This document shows positions 36,520 to 48,974 of a stretch of 64,000 bases of DNA, one piece after another. Origin of the DNA: Felis catus (lineage: Eukaryota); NCBI RefSeq assembly GCF_018350175.1, contig NC_058368.1:77750001-77814000 (forward strand), given 5' to 3'. Within the stretch, counting starts at the first letter, position 1. Each line of letters opens with the position of its first letter. Below the pieces are notes generated by a model that saw nothing but the letters and a program-made list of their open reading frames with translations, had not been told where the DNA came from and searched no databases. A program made the translations under genes and the position numbers.

Positions 36520-36742
36520 GGGGCGCCTGGGTGGCGCAGTCGGTTTAACGTCTGACTTCAGCCAGGTCACGATCTCACGGTCCGTGAGTTCGAGCCCCGC
36601 GTCGGGCTCTGGGCTGATGGCTCAGAGCCTGGAGCCTGTTTCCGATTCTGTGTCTCCCTCTCTCTCTGCCCCCCCCCATTCATGCTCTGTCTCTCTCTGT
36701 CCCAAATAAATAAATAAACGTTGAAAAAAAATTAAAAAAAAA
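36520..36742 (+). mobile_element. Can-SINE, young feline-type subfamily
   Basis: Diagnostic positions; TSD AAAAAAAATTTTTTT. Confidence 0.96.
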
Positions 36743-38249
36743 ATTTTTTTTATGTAAGTGGAAAGCAAATGTTTGGGTTAGAAGTTTTTGGAAATATTTG
36801 GGTTAGAACTTTTTTCATTTTGTTTCTTTAACATTAAAACTCAGAGGCCTGATAGATACCTACTGACTTCTTATCAGTTTTCTTGTTCAACAGTTCTTCA
36901 TATTAAGCTCTGCTTATCTGCCCGCATTCAGGAGAAGGAAGGAGAAAGGGAGGAGGTGTGGGAAGGGGAGGGGAAGGAAAACTCCAATAACACGCAGAAC
37001 AGAAGCAAGTACATTCAATACTACACTATTTGCATAATGCAAATTTCAGCCTCAGACATGCATGTATGCATTGCGTTATGGTTTAGTGCATAGCAGTTCA
37101 CCTTCCCAAAACAATGATATGGTTTCATTGGGTATTTACATATCTCCAAAAAAGGTAGTATCTAAAAAGTTTTTAAATCAATTCTTATGGCCCGGGACTT
37201 GCTTCTTTGTAAGAATATTGTTTTGTTAATATTTTTAAAAGATCATTCATTCATCCATTTTGTTCATCCACCTAAACGGAGTGCTGAACTCTTCTAAGCT
37301 TAGGGGCTCCAGAGCCACAAAAGCAACAAACACGTGAACAAGCACAGTCTGTACAGAGTTCTTATTTAGCTCTTCTAGAAGCATATGGAGGATGTAGTGA
37401 TAATCTCCCATGGCCAAATCAAATTTGAGAAAACATGGAAACTTTGGGACGGTATATGGGGGGGGGAGGATGTTAAACGTCTCCATGCAGCTGGCAGAAG
37501 AGGGACAGCCTGGTCTTTACTAGTCATATCTTGTCCCAACCATGCCCCTAGGCTGTGCAATAAACTATCCCCCCCACCCCCGAGCTCACACCTTCCCACT
37601 TCAATCTCAACTTGGAATATTTTATTTTCCTTTGACCCTGAGACCTTTTAATATTCTTGAATTCAGAAAAAGAACCTTGACAGGTTGTTAGTGTTTATTT
37701 TGCTAAAATTTTTATTTGACGTATTTCTTTGATTACCTTCAAACTTTTTTAAAACTCATTTTAACAATCTATTAAAAGTAAGCTATTTTTGTTCTTTGAA
37801 TATCAAAGAGAACTTATTGAAACTGGGCTAGTCAGCCAGCCACTTCTTGTCCCAAAGAGTGACCACAGATGCCTTTCCTCCCTGGGGGGTAAACCCACAA
37901 AGAAGATGCTGGTGTGTTAAGGCTGAGCTACCGTACCTGTTCAAAACAATTCCTTTGGCCACAGCATCAATCCACTGGTAGGGATTAACAGCTTCACAGC
38001 TAAATTAATCAGGAATGGAAAATGGAAGGATTTGCCAAGGGACATGCTTACCACTAAGCTGAGGCTAATTCTAGGAGATGTAGAGGTGATCACTATAAGC
38101 AATAGTTATTTAAGTCCTATCTTTCCTTTTGAGCATGAAGGAGATGTACCGGAGTTGGGTTATCGCTAATAGCGCATAGGACTTGAGACACTTCACGCAA
38201 ACTCAGTTATACATGGGTTTTGACCCTAACCGTGACTCTCCTGATTCCC

Positions 38250-38362
38250 GATGTTGTCATCATCATAACTGTCATCCTGGTCATTGCTGTCATTGTCATA
38301 TTTGTCACCATCATCACCGTTATCGTCATTGTAATTGCCATCGTCGTCACCATCATCATCAC
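38250..38362. repeat. Degenerate (CAT/CGT/TGT)n trinucleotide repeat
   Basis: Direct reading. Confidence 0.85.
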
Positions 38363-40797
38363 CCTCTACTAGACTGTAGGCCATATCTTTTCATCTGGCT
38401 CATTTTCATTTGATTTGAGTTCCTAAATCCTCCATGAACATAGGAAATAATGCATAAAGGTCTTAAATACAGCTCGTAACATGTAGCAATTTCTCAATAA
38501 AAGTATTTTATTAGCAATAGTAATATTAACATTACTATTTATAGACTCCAAGATTTGCTGCAGCTTCAAACATGAAATGTTCAACCACTCTTGGCTTAAT
38601 TTTACTCTCAATTTTCGCTATAGATTGCTGACCATATAAAGTGGCTGTAACAGTTCTAACTTCCAAAGCAATGGAAATGGGTTTGGGCTGATTATAGCAA
38701 AAAATAAATGTAAAAGTGCCTAACAACTTGGAGAACGAGAAGCAATATGGCTCGAATCACTGCCAAACACTGTGCAAATCACCCTTCAGAACCAACTGAG
38801 GACACTGCTGCCAACATAAGGGACTCTAGACGCTTCGTTGTGCTGCTGATACCAAACGATAGGGCTGCTTCTGCTCCCGCCGCTGCTGTCCCAGGAAATG
38901 GATGATGGTTATTCTTCCTTTAATTACTCTGGTTTCTCAGAAGGATGGGCTTTTCAAGATGGAAGAAAACACATTCTGTAGAACAGACCACTCAGGCACA
39001 GAAAATTTAAGGCTTTTCCTAAGGCACAAAATCTGTGGTTCCCAAATCCCATTTCGATATGCTTTCTACCACACCACACTGTGTAAGAAAATACAAACAA
39101 ACCGCCAAAACGCATGTCTCATGAATAGAAAAGAGGCTATACAGTGCCTCCTATTTTCTTTATTATTATGCCAAAACATTTAAATTTTCATCAAAAGTGC
39201 CTGTTCCTAACGTTACACCTATGCACTGTAGTCGTGCATTCTTGTTTTTGTGGGATGGACCACAGTCACAGTGGTCACTCACATTGGAACGGTGCCGGCA
39301 CTCAGAAAGAGGAAACAGAGCTCAAACCCAAGCCACATCCCTGCGGATGCACTCAGGTCACTGGCCCAGTAATACTGGAAGCCTCCCCTGAGAATCTTCT
39401 AAGAAAACAAAAAAGTTACTTAAATGGTGATGATGGGTTCAGAGGGAGAAATCAATTGCCCCCAAGTACTGCAGAAAGCAAGTGGTAAATCTGTGCATAA
39501 ACCCGAGTCCCTTCCTTCCCTTATGGCATTCCAATAAGCTACATTTATGTCCCCATAGAGCATTCTAGATTTCTTAAAAGAAATCGAATGTGATCACATT
39601 AATAAAATAACAAAACCACTGTGGTTGCTTATGATTATCTTCATGATAAGAGCATAACCAAATCCCTCCCTACTCTTGCTGCTGGTTTCAAGGGTGGCCT
39701 GAACTGAAATTTGGCTTGGGGGAGGTAGGGCACGTGGGCACACCTCATCGGGAGGAAACCACAGAAGCCGATGCAAGCAAGCAGAGAGGGTAGACTGTGT
39801 CCAAGGGACAGCCTGTGTGGTCAAAACCAGGTGGTAGGAGAAGGCTTTGGTCAGCGGCCCCCCAAATCTTGCATTGTGTGGATGGGACTGGACAGAGACT
39901 ACAGTCCAGGTAAGGAACAATCTTTTAACTGCTTAAGGATTTTGCTTCATAAAAACAAAACAAGCTAAAGTAGCTGACAAGGACACAAAGAGTACAATAA
40001 CATGGAAGAATAAATGAAGAAATGCTGGGAATGAGAAAATATGTGCAAGAGAAATAAGATGAAATCAAAAGAAAAGGAAATATCCGATCCTATATTAGGG
40101 TTGTTATTTGAGCTTCCTAGATCCAAAGCAAGGAAGACACTATGATCAGACATGGCGGTCCTCGCGTCTGTAGAGGTGAGACACATTGTCCATGCGCACT
40201 GTTAAGTCGCTCAGGGGAGGAAAGCTACTCACCAAGATGGAGATCGTCCTCCAATCTTGGGGGTGTAAAGGTCACGCAATGAACTATACACTCAGCACTA
40301 CATCTGTGCAAAAAAAAAAGAGTAACTAAATCTATAGGGCTGCTGTGTATACCATTTTTCGATATTCACTCCTGATAACATTTTAAATTAAAAACTAAAA
40401 TATTTTATAAAAGGGAAAGGTTAATAATGATTTAAAATAAAACAGCAGTGGTGTGAGCAAAGCAGGGGAAAAGGAACGACGCTGCAGAGACGGGATCAGC
40501 GGTGACAGGAATAGAATTGGCTGAGAAGAGCAGGGAGCCAGACTGTTCCAAGGGTTCCCTCTAGAACAAGGGACAGTGAGATCCCATTAAGCAAGGTAAG
40601 GAATGCCAGGGAAACGACCACATTACTTGGGATCAGGGGCAGGTTGAGAATGCAGAACACAAGTAGGTTTGGACATGCTGAGTTCGAAAGCCAGTAAAAG
40701 TTCTGAGCAGAGCTGATCGAATCTGCAGGCTTCCTGAACACGCATCTGGAAAAGGCAAGGGAACATGTTGGATAAGATAAGGTCAAAAGTGGACTCC

Positions 40798-41046
40798 GTT
40801 ATTCAGCCATAAAAAGGAATGAAATCATGCCATTTCCCCCAACGTGGGTGGACCTCAAGGGCGTTACGCTAAGTGAAACAAGTCAGACAGAGAAAGACAA
40901 ATGCCATATGATCTCTCTCATAGGTGGCATCTAAAACAAAAAAAAAAACAAACGGAAGAAAGAGCTCACAGATGCAGAGAATAAACTAGTGGCAGGGTAT
41001 GGGAGAAATGCGTGAAGGGGGTTTCAAGGCAAAAAGAAAGGAACAC
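40798..41046 (+). mobile_element. Short L1 3'UTR fragment (L1MA9-like)
   Basis: TATTCAGCCATAAAAAGGAATGAAATC...AGTCAGACAGAGAAAGACAAATGCCATATG; flanked by TGGACTCC duplication. Confidence 0.85.
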
Positions 41047-41249
41047 TGGACTCCAGACAAGAAAGGAGAGAAGAAGGGGTCTTTCAGGAGAGACAGGGTG
41101 GGCTGGGAAGGGGAGCTGAAGGGATCTGAAGAGAAGGCAGAGAAACCTCTGAAGAGAACAAATATTTGAGAACGTATCTAATGATTTTCTTTCAAGGACA
41201 CTGCGAATAATAAAGCAAAATAGCTACTGACATTACATTCTGTATTACT

Positions 41250-41580
41250 TAGAAGGTCTTCCTTGCTCCAAGATTTAAAATATTTTGTTTTCCTTTAGTA
41301 CTTTTTACTCTCTCTAGTTAGTCTTTTAAAGGGCCTGAAATATATTTTTAATATGGTATGAAGTAGGGTTAGACTTTATATTATTTTAAATGGAGAGCAC
41401 TTTCCCAGGACTATATGTTGATGAGTGCATTCTTTCTGCTCATGTCTTTATAATAATAAACCCACACACGCACGCACACACAGAGGTATATACACTCTGT
41501 ATACGCTCCCCATTGATCCACTGGTGTTCTCCCAAGAACGGTATATTTTTAAACGATCATGTCTATATTTGCTAAGGCAC
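41250..41580 (-). mobile_element. Old L1 ORF2 remnant
   Basis: Reverse motifs TATGGTATGAAGTAGGG, TCCCATTGATCC. Confidence 0.45.
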
Positions 41581-41780
41581 AGAAACAACTTTCTTAAAAA
41601 TACACCCTAAAAGTCTTCACTGGGAACATTATAAACACAGGATAAACTCCCCATAATGGGTAACAAAAAAGTTAATTACTTGCTCTCAACATACCTCTCC
41701 CTAGCCTGAATTCCTGCCACCCACTACTAATCCCATGTTTTTGTGAAGAACATTTTTATTTTTAAAAATACTTCATGTCA

Positions 41781-41989
41781 CGGGCGCCAGGGTGGCTCCG
41801 TTGGTTAAGTGACCGACTTCAGCTCAGGTCACGATCTCACAGTTTGTGAATTTGAGCCCTGCATCAGGCTCTGTGCTGACAGCTCAGAGCCTGGAGCCTA
41901 CTTCAGATTCTACGTCTCCCCCTATCTCTACCCCTCCCCTGCTCACGCTCTGTGTCTCTCAATAATAAATAAACGTTAAAAAAATTAAA
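41781..41989 (+). mobile_element. Can-SINE
   Basis: Perfect TSD AAAAATACTTCATGTCA. Confidence 0.95.
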
Positions 41990-42059
41990 AAAAATACTTC
42001 ATGTCAGTTCTTTATTCTGCATCATGATGTGTGTGTTCTAAACATCGAATCACCTTGCC

Positions 42060-42710
42060 AGTGTTTTTATTTCCTGAACCATTTGGGAGAAGGTTATGTA
42101 TAGAGATCATGTCCCTCTACCCTTTAATATACATTTAAGTTCTTCTCTCCTAAGAACAAGGATATCATCTTCCGTAACAGCGCAGCTATCAAAGTTAGCA
42201 CGTATAACACCGATATAGTTTCATCGAATATACATCCCATCTTGCAATGGTGATTAAACTAGTGGTAATCCAGCAGTGTCCTCCAGGATGTTTCCTCTGC
42301 TCTGATAGGAATGCAACTCAAGATCACATATTGTGCTTAGCTGTCACATCTCTTCGGTCTCCCTTTAACCCGGGACAGCTCCTCGACTTTACTCAGTCCT
42401 TCACGACACCAACTCTTTGAAGACCGAAAGCACGTTATTTTGTGGGGCTTCTCGCTTTGGGCTTGTCGGAGGCACCCCCCCCCCCAGAAGCACACATGGC
42501 CGATTCTCAGGGCACTGAGTTTGAAGACAGCCAGTGTCTCTCCGCTCCCTCCGGTGATGCTAATTTTGAATTCCTGGTCGAAGGGGAGTCTGGTATTCCT
42601 GCTATAGTGGCCATTTTCCCCTCAACTAGCAAGCACTGTGTAGGGAGAAACTTTTGAGAACATGCAAATTCTCTGCTCCTTGTCCGATTTTTAATTTGTG
42701 AATTCCTACC
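42060..42710 (-). mobile_element. Old L1 3'UTR (L1MC-like)
   Basis: CTGAACCATTTG...CCTAAGAACAAGGATATC...GATCACATATTGTGCTTAGCTGTCACATCTC. Confidence 0.65.
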
Positions 42711-44079
42711 CATTATTTTTGAAGATCGCCCTCTCTTTGGTATGAAATCTTCACAGGTCCCAAAGCACCGCAGACGATAGTCCCTTCTTTACTTCTAGCA
42801 CAGCCTGTGTGTGTCCGTGCCCTGGGACGCGCCCCTGACTTAGGACGCACTGCAAGTCCACACTTACGTAACACTCTCCTCTTTTTACTGACTTTCCAAA
42901 GACAAGGAAAACATATTGCCAGCGCTGTTTCTTAACCTCACCAATTAATTACATTATTATCAAGGGACTTATATTTTCTTGAAGGAAATGCTCTAAGGTT
43001 TGCATTTGAGACTAACGAGATGGGAAAGGGAGCCCGTTTTGTAATCCCTTGGATTGAAGCATTTTTAACAAAATCATATTCATAGACTCTAACAACGACT
43101 GCCTGACGGACCAAGAGAAAATTAAAAATAAAAGTTTTGTTATTTGACTTTGCTTTGAGATCCTGGCAGTAAACATGCTGTCTGGGCCCCCTGCACTGCG
43201 CGGCTTGAAGACGCGGGCCCCCTTTCCCAGAACGGTAGAAAACCGAGGAAAGTCGGGCATTTGGGCCTAGACTTAACCTTCATTGTCATTCTGTAACACA
43301 TGCTATTTTGAACGAGTCCTTAAGACAGCATCTGCGCAGTTTCATTTCTCACAGAAATGACGGTCAGAGGCGTGTTCGTAATGGGTGGAGTCTCTCCTTC
43401 TCTGCCACTCAATTTCTGGCCGCGTGACTGTTCTAGAAGACGGGAGACGGTAAACTTCGTGGTCCCTGTACTTGCACGCACGACTCCCACCCCTGCCGAG
43501 CCTCTCCCGTTTTGTATGCATCTCGGAGCAACGGCAGCGCCTGGCCCCGGGCTGCTGTCCGACACAACTACACAAGTTTCCATTTCCTCCTGATTTTACG
43601 GAGCTAGTGGGTCTTTCAAACCATAATCTCCTTTGTCCAGTCTCCAGGTATCAGCCTCCGGATGTCAACCTCAGAATCAGAATGCCCTTTGTCTCCAAGC
43701 CCATATGAACACACCCTTCTAATGGCCGATGTCCTCCAGGCTGAAGGAGGCCACGAGGGTAAGTTAGACTGGTCCCTACCCTAAAGGACTGTGCAACAGT
43801 CTGATGGAGCAGGAGTGGGTGCTATGAGTTCTCTTTTCTTTTTAAAGAAAATGTTGCCTCCCAGCCAGCTAGAGCCTTCACAGTTTCAATATCCAATTTC
43901 CTCTCTCCTCCGCCTCAGAACTGCCAATGCCGACTTCTGGGATTTTGGAGCCGGCCCTGCTGAGATCTCTGATGGGCAGGCTTTCCCAACGCAGGGTTCG
44001 GAAGGCTTCTTCAAACCAATAGGTTCATGTGAGTGAAAAATCGGTCTAATGAGTTTTAACAACTCTTTATTCAAATTTG

Positions 44080-44102
44080 ATTTTTTTTGTTTATTTACTA
44101 TT

Positions 44103-44138
<36 letters not shown>

Positions 44139-44298
44139 GCACAGGAGGGACAGAGGGAGGAGGGAGAGAATCCCAAGCAAGCTCCATGCTCAGCGAGAAG
44201 AGCCCGACTCGGGACTCGATCCCACGAACCGTGAGATCATGACCTGAGCTGAAATCAAGAGTTAGACGTGTGACCCACTGAGCCACCCAGGCATCCCT
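44080..44298 (-). mobile_element. Can-SINE (older subfamily)
   Basis: Reverse SINE; TSD AAATTTGATT. Confidence 0.93.
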
Positions 44299-45523
44299 AA
44301 ATTTGATTATTTCACTGAGCACGAAGTTAGCTTCAGGCACATTACTTGGAGGACTGAAAAAACTGAAGGTGACACAGTCCTGGCTCAAGGTGACTCTCGT
44401 GTGCTGAGGAGATGACAACTTTATGTGAACTTCAGCTGCCGCGTAAAATCACAAGCTCGCCTTCCCCCCACCCCCGCCAAGGCAGTGAGCCCTCGCAGAT
44501 CTGTAGACCTCAAGTCCGGCCAGGCCACAGCGATCAGGTTTGACAAACACGATCCGTAACGCAGACTCCCGCCCCCCAAAATAAGAGCCCAAGAACCACC
44601 GGCATTCAAGAACTCCCGAGAAAACCAGAATCGTGGGCCCAGCCCAGAACTTGGGAGTCAAATTCTGCATGATAACATGCTTCTTAGGTGCCCGGGACAC
44701 TCACTAATAGCCGAGAAGCATCTGGCGGCGTTATTCTTTTATTTACGTTTTAAACAGTGGCATTAAGTTTGCAAAGTTGACTGCGCATCGGAAGAGACTG
44801 TAGTTTATATCGCAACAGATAATTTATTTATTCCTGTAAAGCCCTCGTGTCCCTGAGCTCTGCCCCTCTTTCCCGAAAGCCTTTGAAGCCAGTGCAGCTA
44901 AAGAGCCCTGCGCAGTGGCAAGGGAATCAGAAGCAAACATTACCATTCTGGTCACTGGCGGCAGCACCAGCTGTTACGTAATTTTGTTATGAAGCTATTT
45001 CCTGCTACTGGAGGGTTTGAAATAACATTTACTTGTATAATTCTAATTCTATTTAGCTTATCCATCCAGGGCCAAATAAAAAGCATAAATTAATCCACTA
45101 TGAATATGTCAGGCAGATAACCATTTTAGAATACGAGAGAATTAAATGTTACTTACAAATCCTTTATAACCTTATCAAAATACCTTTCCAAAGATCTCTC
45201 AACATCTGTCGGATGTCTCACATTTGACCTACTGTTGTTGGGTGGAGCGGGATTTTGAAACCCTCAGCCTCCTGGGCAGGCAGGCTCTGGAACATGCGGG
45301 GGACACAGGGAAAGGGGGCCCAGCTGGCAAGGAGCTGCCAAAGGAAGGAGAGGATGTCCTTTCCCACGGACTTCCTCTATCTCAGATCTCTCAAATTGAG
45401 ACATGTGACTAAACAATGGTCAGATCCTGTCGCCTGTACAATGCAATGATTTTCCTTTATTTCTTTTTTTGTTGGGTTGCAAAGGCTTTTGAAATGTATA
45501 GTGTCGCGTAAAGTGGCTGTGAA

Positions 45524-45669
45524 GGGGGCGGGGAGGAGGAGGAGGGGGCGGGGCCGAGAAAGACTGATTCTTCAAAACAGTCTCACTTCCTCAAATTGGG
45601 AATCTTCCTGAAAGAGAAGCAGGTGCCAGTCACCCTTCGAGTGTGTCCCAGAGGAAACACAAGGTATGT
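45524..45669 (+). promoter_or_regulatory. Candidate TATA-less promoter plus short first exon ending at a splice donor
   Basis: GGGGGCGGGG at 45524-45533 and 45544-45553, ETS site CACTTCCTC at 45584-45592, donor AAG|GTATGT at 45663/45664. Confidence 0.4.
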
Positions 45670-47012
45670 CCTTTCTCCTGGGAGGTAGTTCTATGTGGCT
45701 GGGCCTTCCTGAGCTCACCCTGGCGTTCCCTCTCCTTCCCAGGGGAATACGGTCTAATCCTAGGGTCCAAGCACCGGGTCTTGGAGCTTTCCTCTTAGAC
45801 GCTGAACCCTGCTTCTCTGTAGACTAGCCCAGACAAACACCCCACATCGGAAGCCATCGGAACACTGCTAATTGCTCCTAACAGAGTCTCTGCACCTCTT
45901 TCCTCCCTCTACCCTAGAGGGGACCGCTGGCTCTGAATCAGCCTATAGCTTATTCGGCTCTAGGACTGGAGGGATGTTGGGGGTAAGGGGACAGGGATTC
46001 TCTTCGGTCAGTTTTCCTAACCCAGGGTCCAGCAGGCTTGTCTCTATCCTTTGCATCTAAGGTAGCCATTAGAATTCTGAGCCCAAACAGGTTAAGACTG
46101 TTCTAGGATGTATGAAGCAAGGAGTTGATGTTGCTTTTATTGGGACCATGCATGACCGCTCATCACAAAAATTTCCACGTGTTCCCAAATCTAAGAGAAT
46201 TTGATGTATTTTGGGAGCAGGATTATATATAAACACATAAATATGATTTTAACTTTTACGTTGGCCAGTGCAATTAAACACGAATGGCACTGCTTACCAA
46301 AAAAGGCCTTTTCCTCGGTTTTCACCTTACATACAATCATGTTTAAATCAGAGAAGAACAGGAAGGCGAACTGGTTATACTGAGGGGAAAAAATATTACC
46401 AGGAAATGTGTCATTTCATGACATAAGAGAGCACATGGAAGAGGAAGGGGCAGAAATAGAAAGAAAGAAATAGAATAAAGGCAAAGATACATACAAATGG
46501 TGGGAACCATTTACAAACCCCATGCAAAGGGAAGAACCGAGGACGAGGACGGTACACAAATACAGAAACAGGAAAACCAGGGGCAAAATTAGCATATGTG
46601 AGAAAGGAAGAGAAAAGAACAAAATCAAAGACAAGCAGCCAATATAAAATGAAAATAAACAGTGTCACAAGAACTAGAAACCTAGAGATTGCCAGAGGGA
46701 ACGGAACAAAGGCCCAAACTAAGGAATTATTGTAATGAGGAGGAATAGGACAGTAGGAACTCTAGGAATGTATTAAAATATGCCACGAAGGAAGCGATGT
46801 GCCAGTTAAAAAAATTAAAAAAAATAAAAACACAACAGAATCCCTAGTTACAATGGAGTAGAAAAGAGACACAAAGATATTTTGGAAAGAAGGCATTCCT
46901 GAGGGGCAGCAAACCTCCACTCCAGGCTTACATCTGCCACAAACTCATTCTCAGTAGGCTTTGATGTCCTCATCTGTGACACGAGACAGTTATCATGATG
47001 CCACGTGGTCTG

Positions 47013-47045
47013 CATGTGCGTGCGTGTGCGTGTGCGTGTGTGTGT
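47013..47045. repeat. (GT/GC)n alternating purine-pyrimidine microsatellite
   Basis: Direct reading. Confidence 0.9.
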
Positions 47046-48974
47046 ACCAATATCAGGATGTGGCCTGTTTTCTGCTCACTCTCCTTTGTTTGTTTTTTTC
47101 TGTAACTCACAACCTCTCTGGGCTTGTATTTGCTCCAACATGAGAACAGTTACACTTTTCTCCTTAATCTGATTATTCTCAAAACTAATGAGTCTATAAC
47201 ACTTTTTCCAGGTACCATTTTGAATTTCCCTATGAAACTTTGCAATGATTTCACTCGCGACTGCCAGCGATCTCTCACGGGAACACATTTGGGACTTTTA
47301 AATTCCTCTTTAAAACAGAAACAAATTTTTCTCAACCTTAAAAGTAACCTATCTTGTGATTAGGTAGGGCCCGACTTTTCAGGTCAAAGATACTCTATTT
47401 TTCCAGACAGGGCCAAAGGATATACTCATATGCTGGCATACACAGGCTCTAACTTCCTTTGATGTAGGACTAAATATTCTTTCCTACTGAGAAGCGGTGG
47501 TCGAGAACTTCCAAGGGATAGGGAAGGTTTTCTCAGTAACATTAAGCTGAGAAGATATTCTTTTCCCACCTGAAGTCAAGCATTTCTATAAAAACATTCA
47601 TCCTATTCATGCGGATAGGGAGGGTTTCATGAGAGGCATTTCACAAAAGAGATTCACAATTTTACAGGCCAGGAGGGATTTTCCGGAAGGCTTGAGCAGA
47701 CTGCATTCTGCTGGAAATGAGGTGGACCGACAGACAGTGTTGTCCACACTGCAGATCTGTGCAATAATAAATATGTAAACTAAATAGCCTTCCTCCCAAA
47801 TACAGGGGTGAGGAAGTCTCTGTAGTAACAGCCACGTGTCCCTCTGTGCTCCATGAGACCACACAAGGCACAACCGTCAAGATATAATGGCCTCTGGTGT
47901 TGAGCTGGGACGGCCAGAGGCCCCCCACGCTGCTGGGTCCAGGGGTAGGGTGCTGCCCCATGTGGTGGGCGAGGGGAGCACAAGAGAAGGTGCCACGCGG
48001 CCCACCCTCAACAGTCTCCAGCCTTCCCCAGAGCGGGGTGTCCCCGATGCCAGCCCGTGGGGTGGGAATGTCTGCGAGCCTCGAGACTTTGCTTTCTGCA
48101 GAAGCTGTTCCTTTCATTTGTATACGCTTGTGTCCCACACAGTCTCATTTGTGTTTTCTTCCTAGTCATCCCAGGATTGTTCTTGGTGCTTTCTGCAACA
48201 AATTATTTTGTCATATATGTATACTTTTAATGATTTCCAATTTTACAGGTCACCATTAGGGAATCCAAAAGAGAGCTGTGTGAACAGAGGGGATTTGACA
48301 TTTGTCAGCAAGATCCATTTTCCAAGCCTGGGGGCCTCGGAGGCGGTGCCCCTGAGCCGCCGCTGGCTGGGCGGCTGACCTCCACGTCCTTAGATGAGTA
48401 CATTCTGAATCTTTTTATTTAATCAAATGCAGCAATGTTGTCGTGTATTGCTAGCTGCCAGGCTTCATTTTCTTTTCTCCCGGTTTTTGTTTTTGTTTTT
48501 TCTGATTAAAAGAAAATTACTAAGGTATACAAAGGTTGAATATGAATGACAACGTAATGTAGAAGGTAAAAAAGAAACAGCAGCCCAGGTTCTATACCCC
48601 AAATTAACTATCTTGCACAGTATAATGTACATTCTCCCAATTGTGTCCATACATATGGTTAGAATTATTTTATGAAACCAGATTACTCATATGTTTATGT
48701 ACATGTATAAATGTTTGCTTTAAAACTCAAAATGAGCTATATGTATTATATATGTAGGCACCTACTACATATATATCTTTTCCAATACTTATTAGACATT
48801 TGACAAAAAACTTCAAATTCCGTCAAATTTATCATGACAATCCCAGCTAACACTAATATTAAATTTAGTCTTTAAAAAAATAATACTTATCAGAACCCCA
48901 AATCAGAAAATAATTAGAATTAAATCTAACACACTTGAGTGGCTTGACAGTATACCTGAAATGGTACCCAGTCT

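Noticed and set aside
38183..38413. His/Cys-rich metal-binding-looking ORF
   Set aside because: Product of a degenerate (CAT)n repeat; begins at a non-ATG codon
47662..48259. 158-aa and 120-aa ORFs
   Set aside because: GC-rich chance ORFs without homology or exon structure
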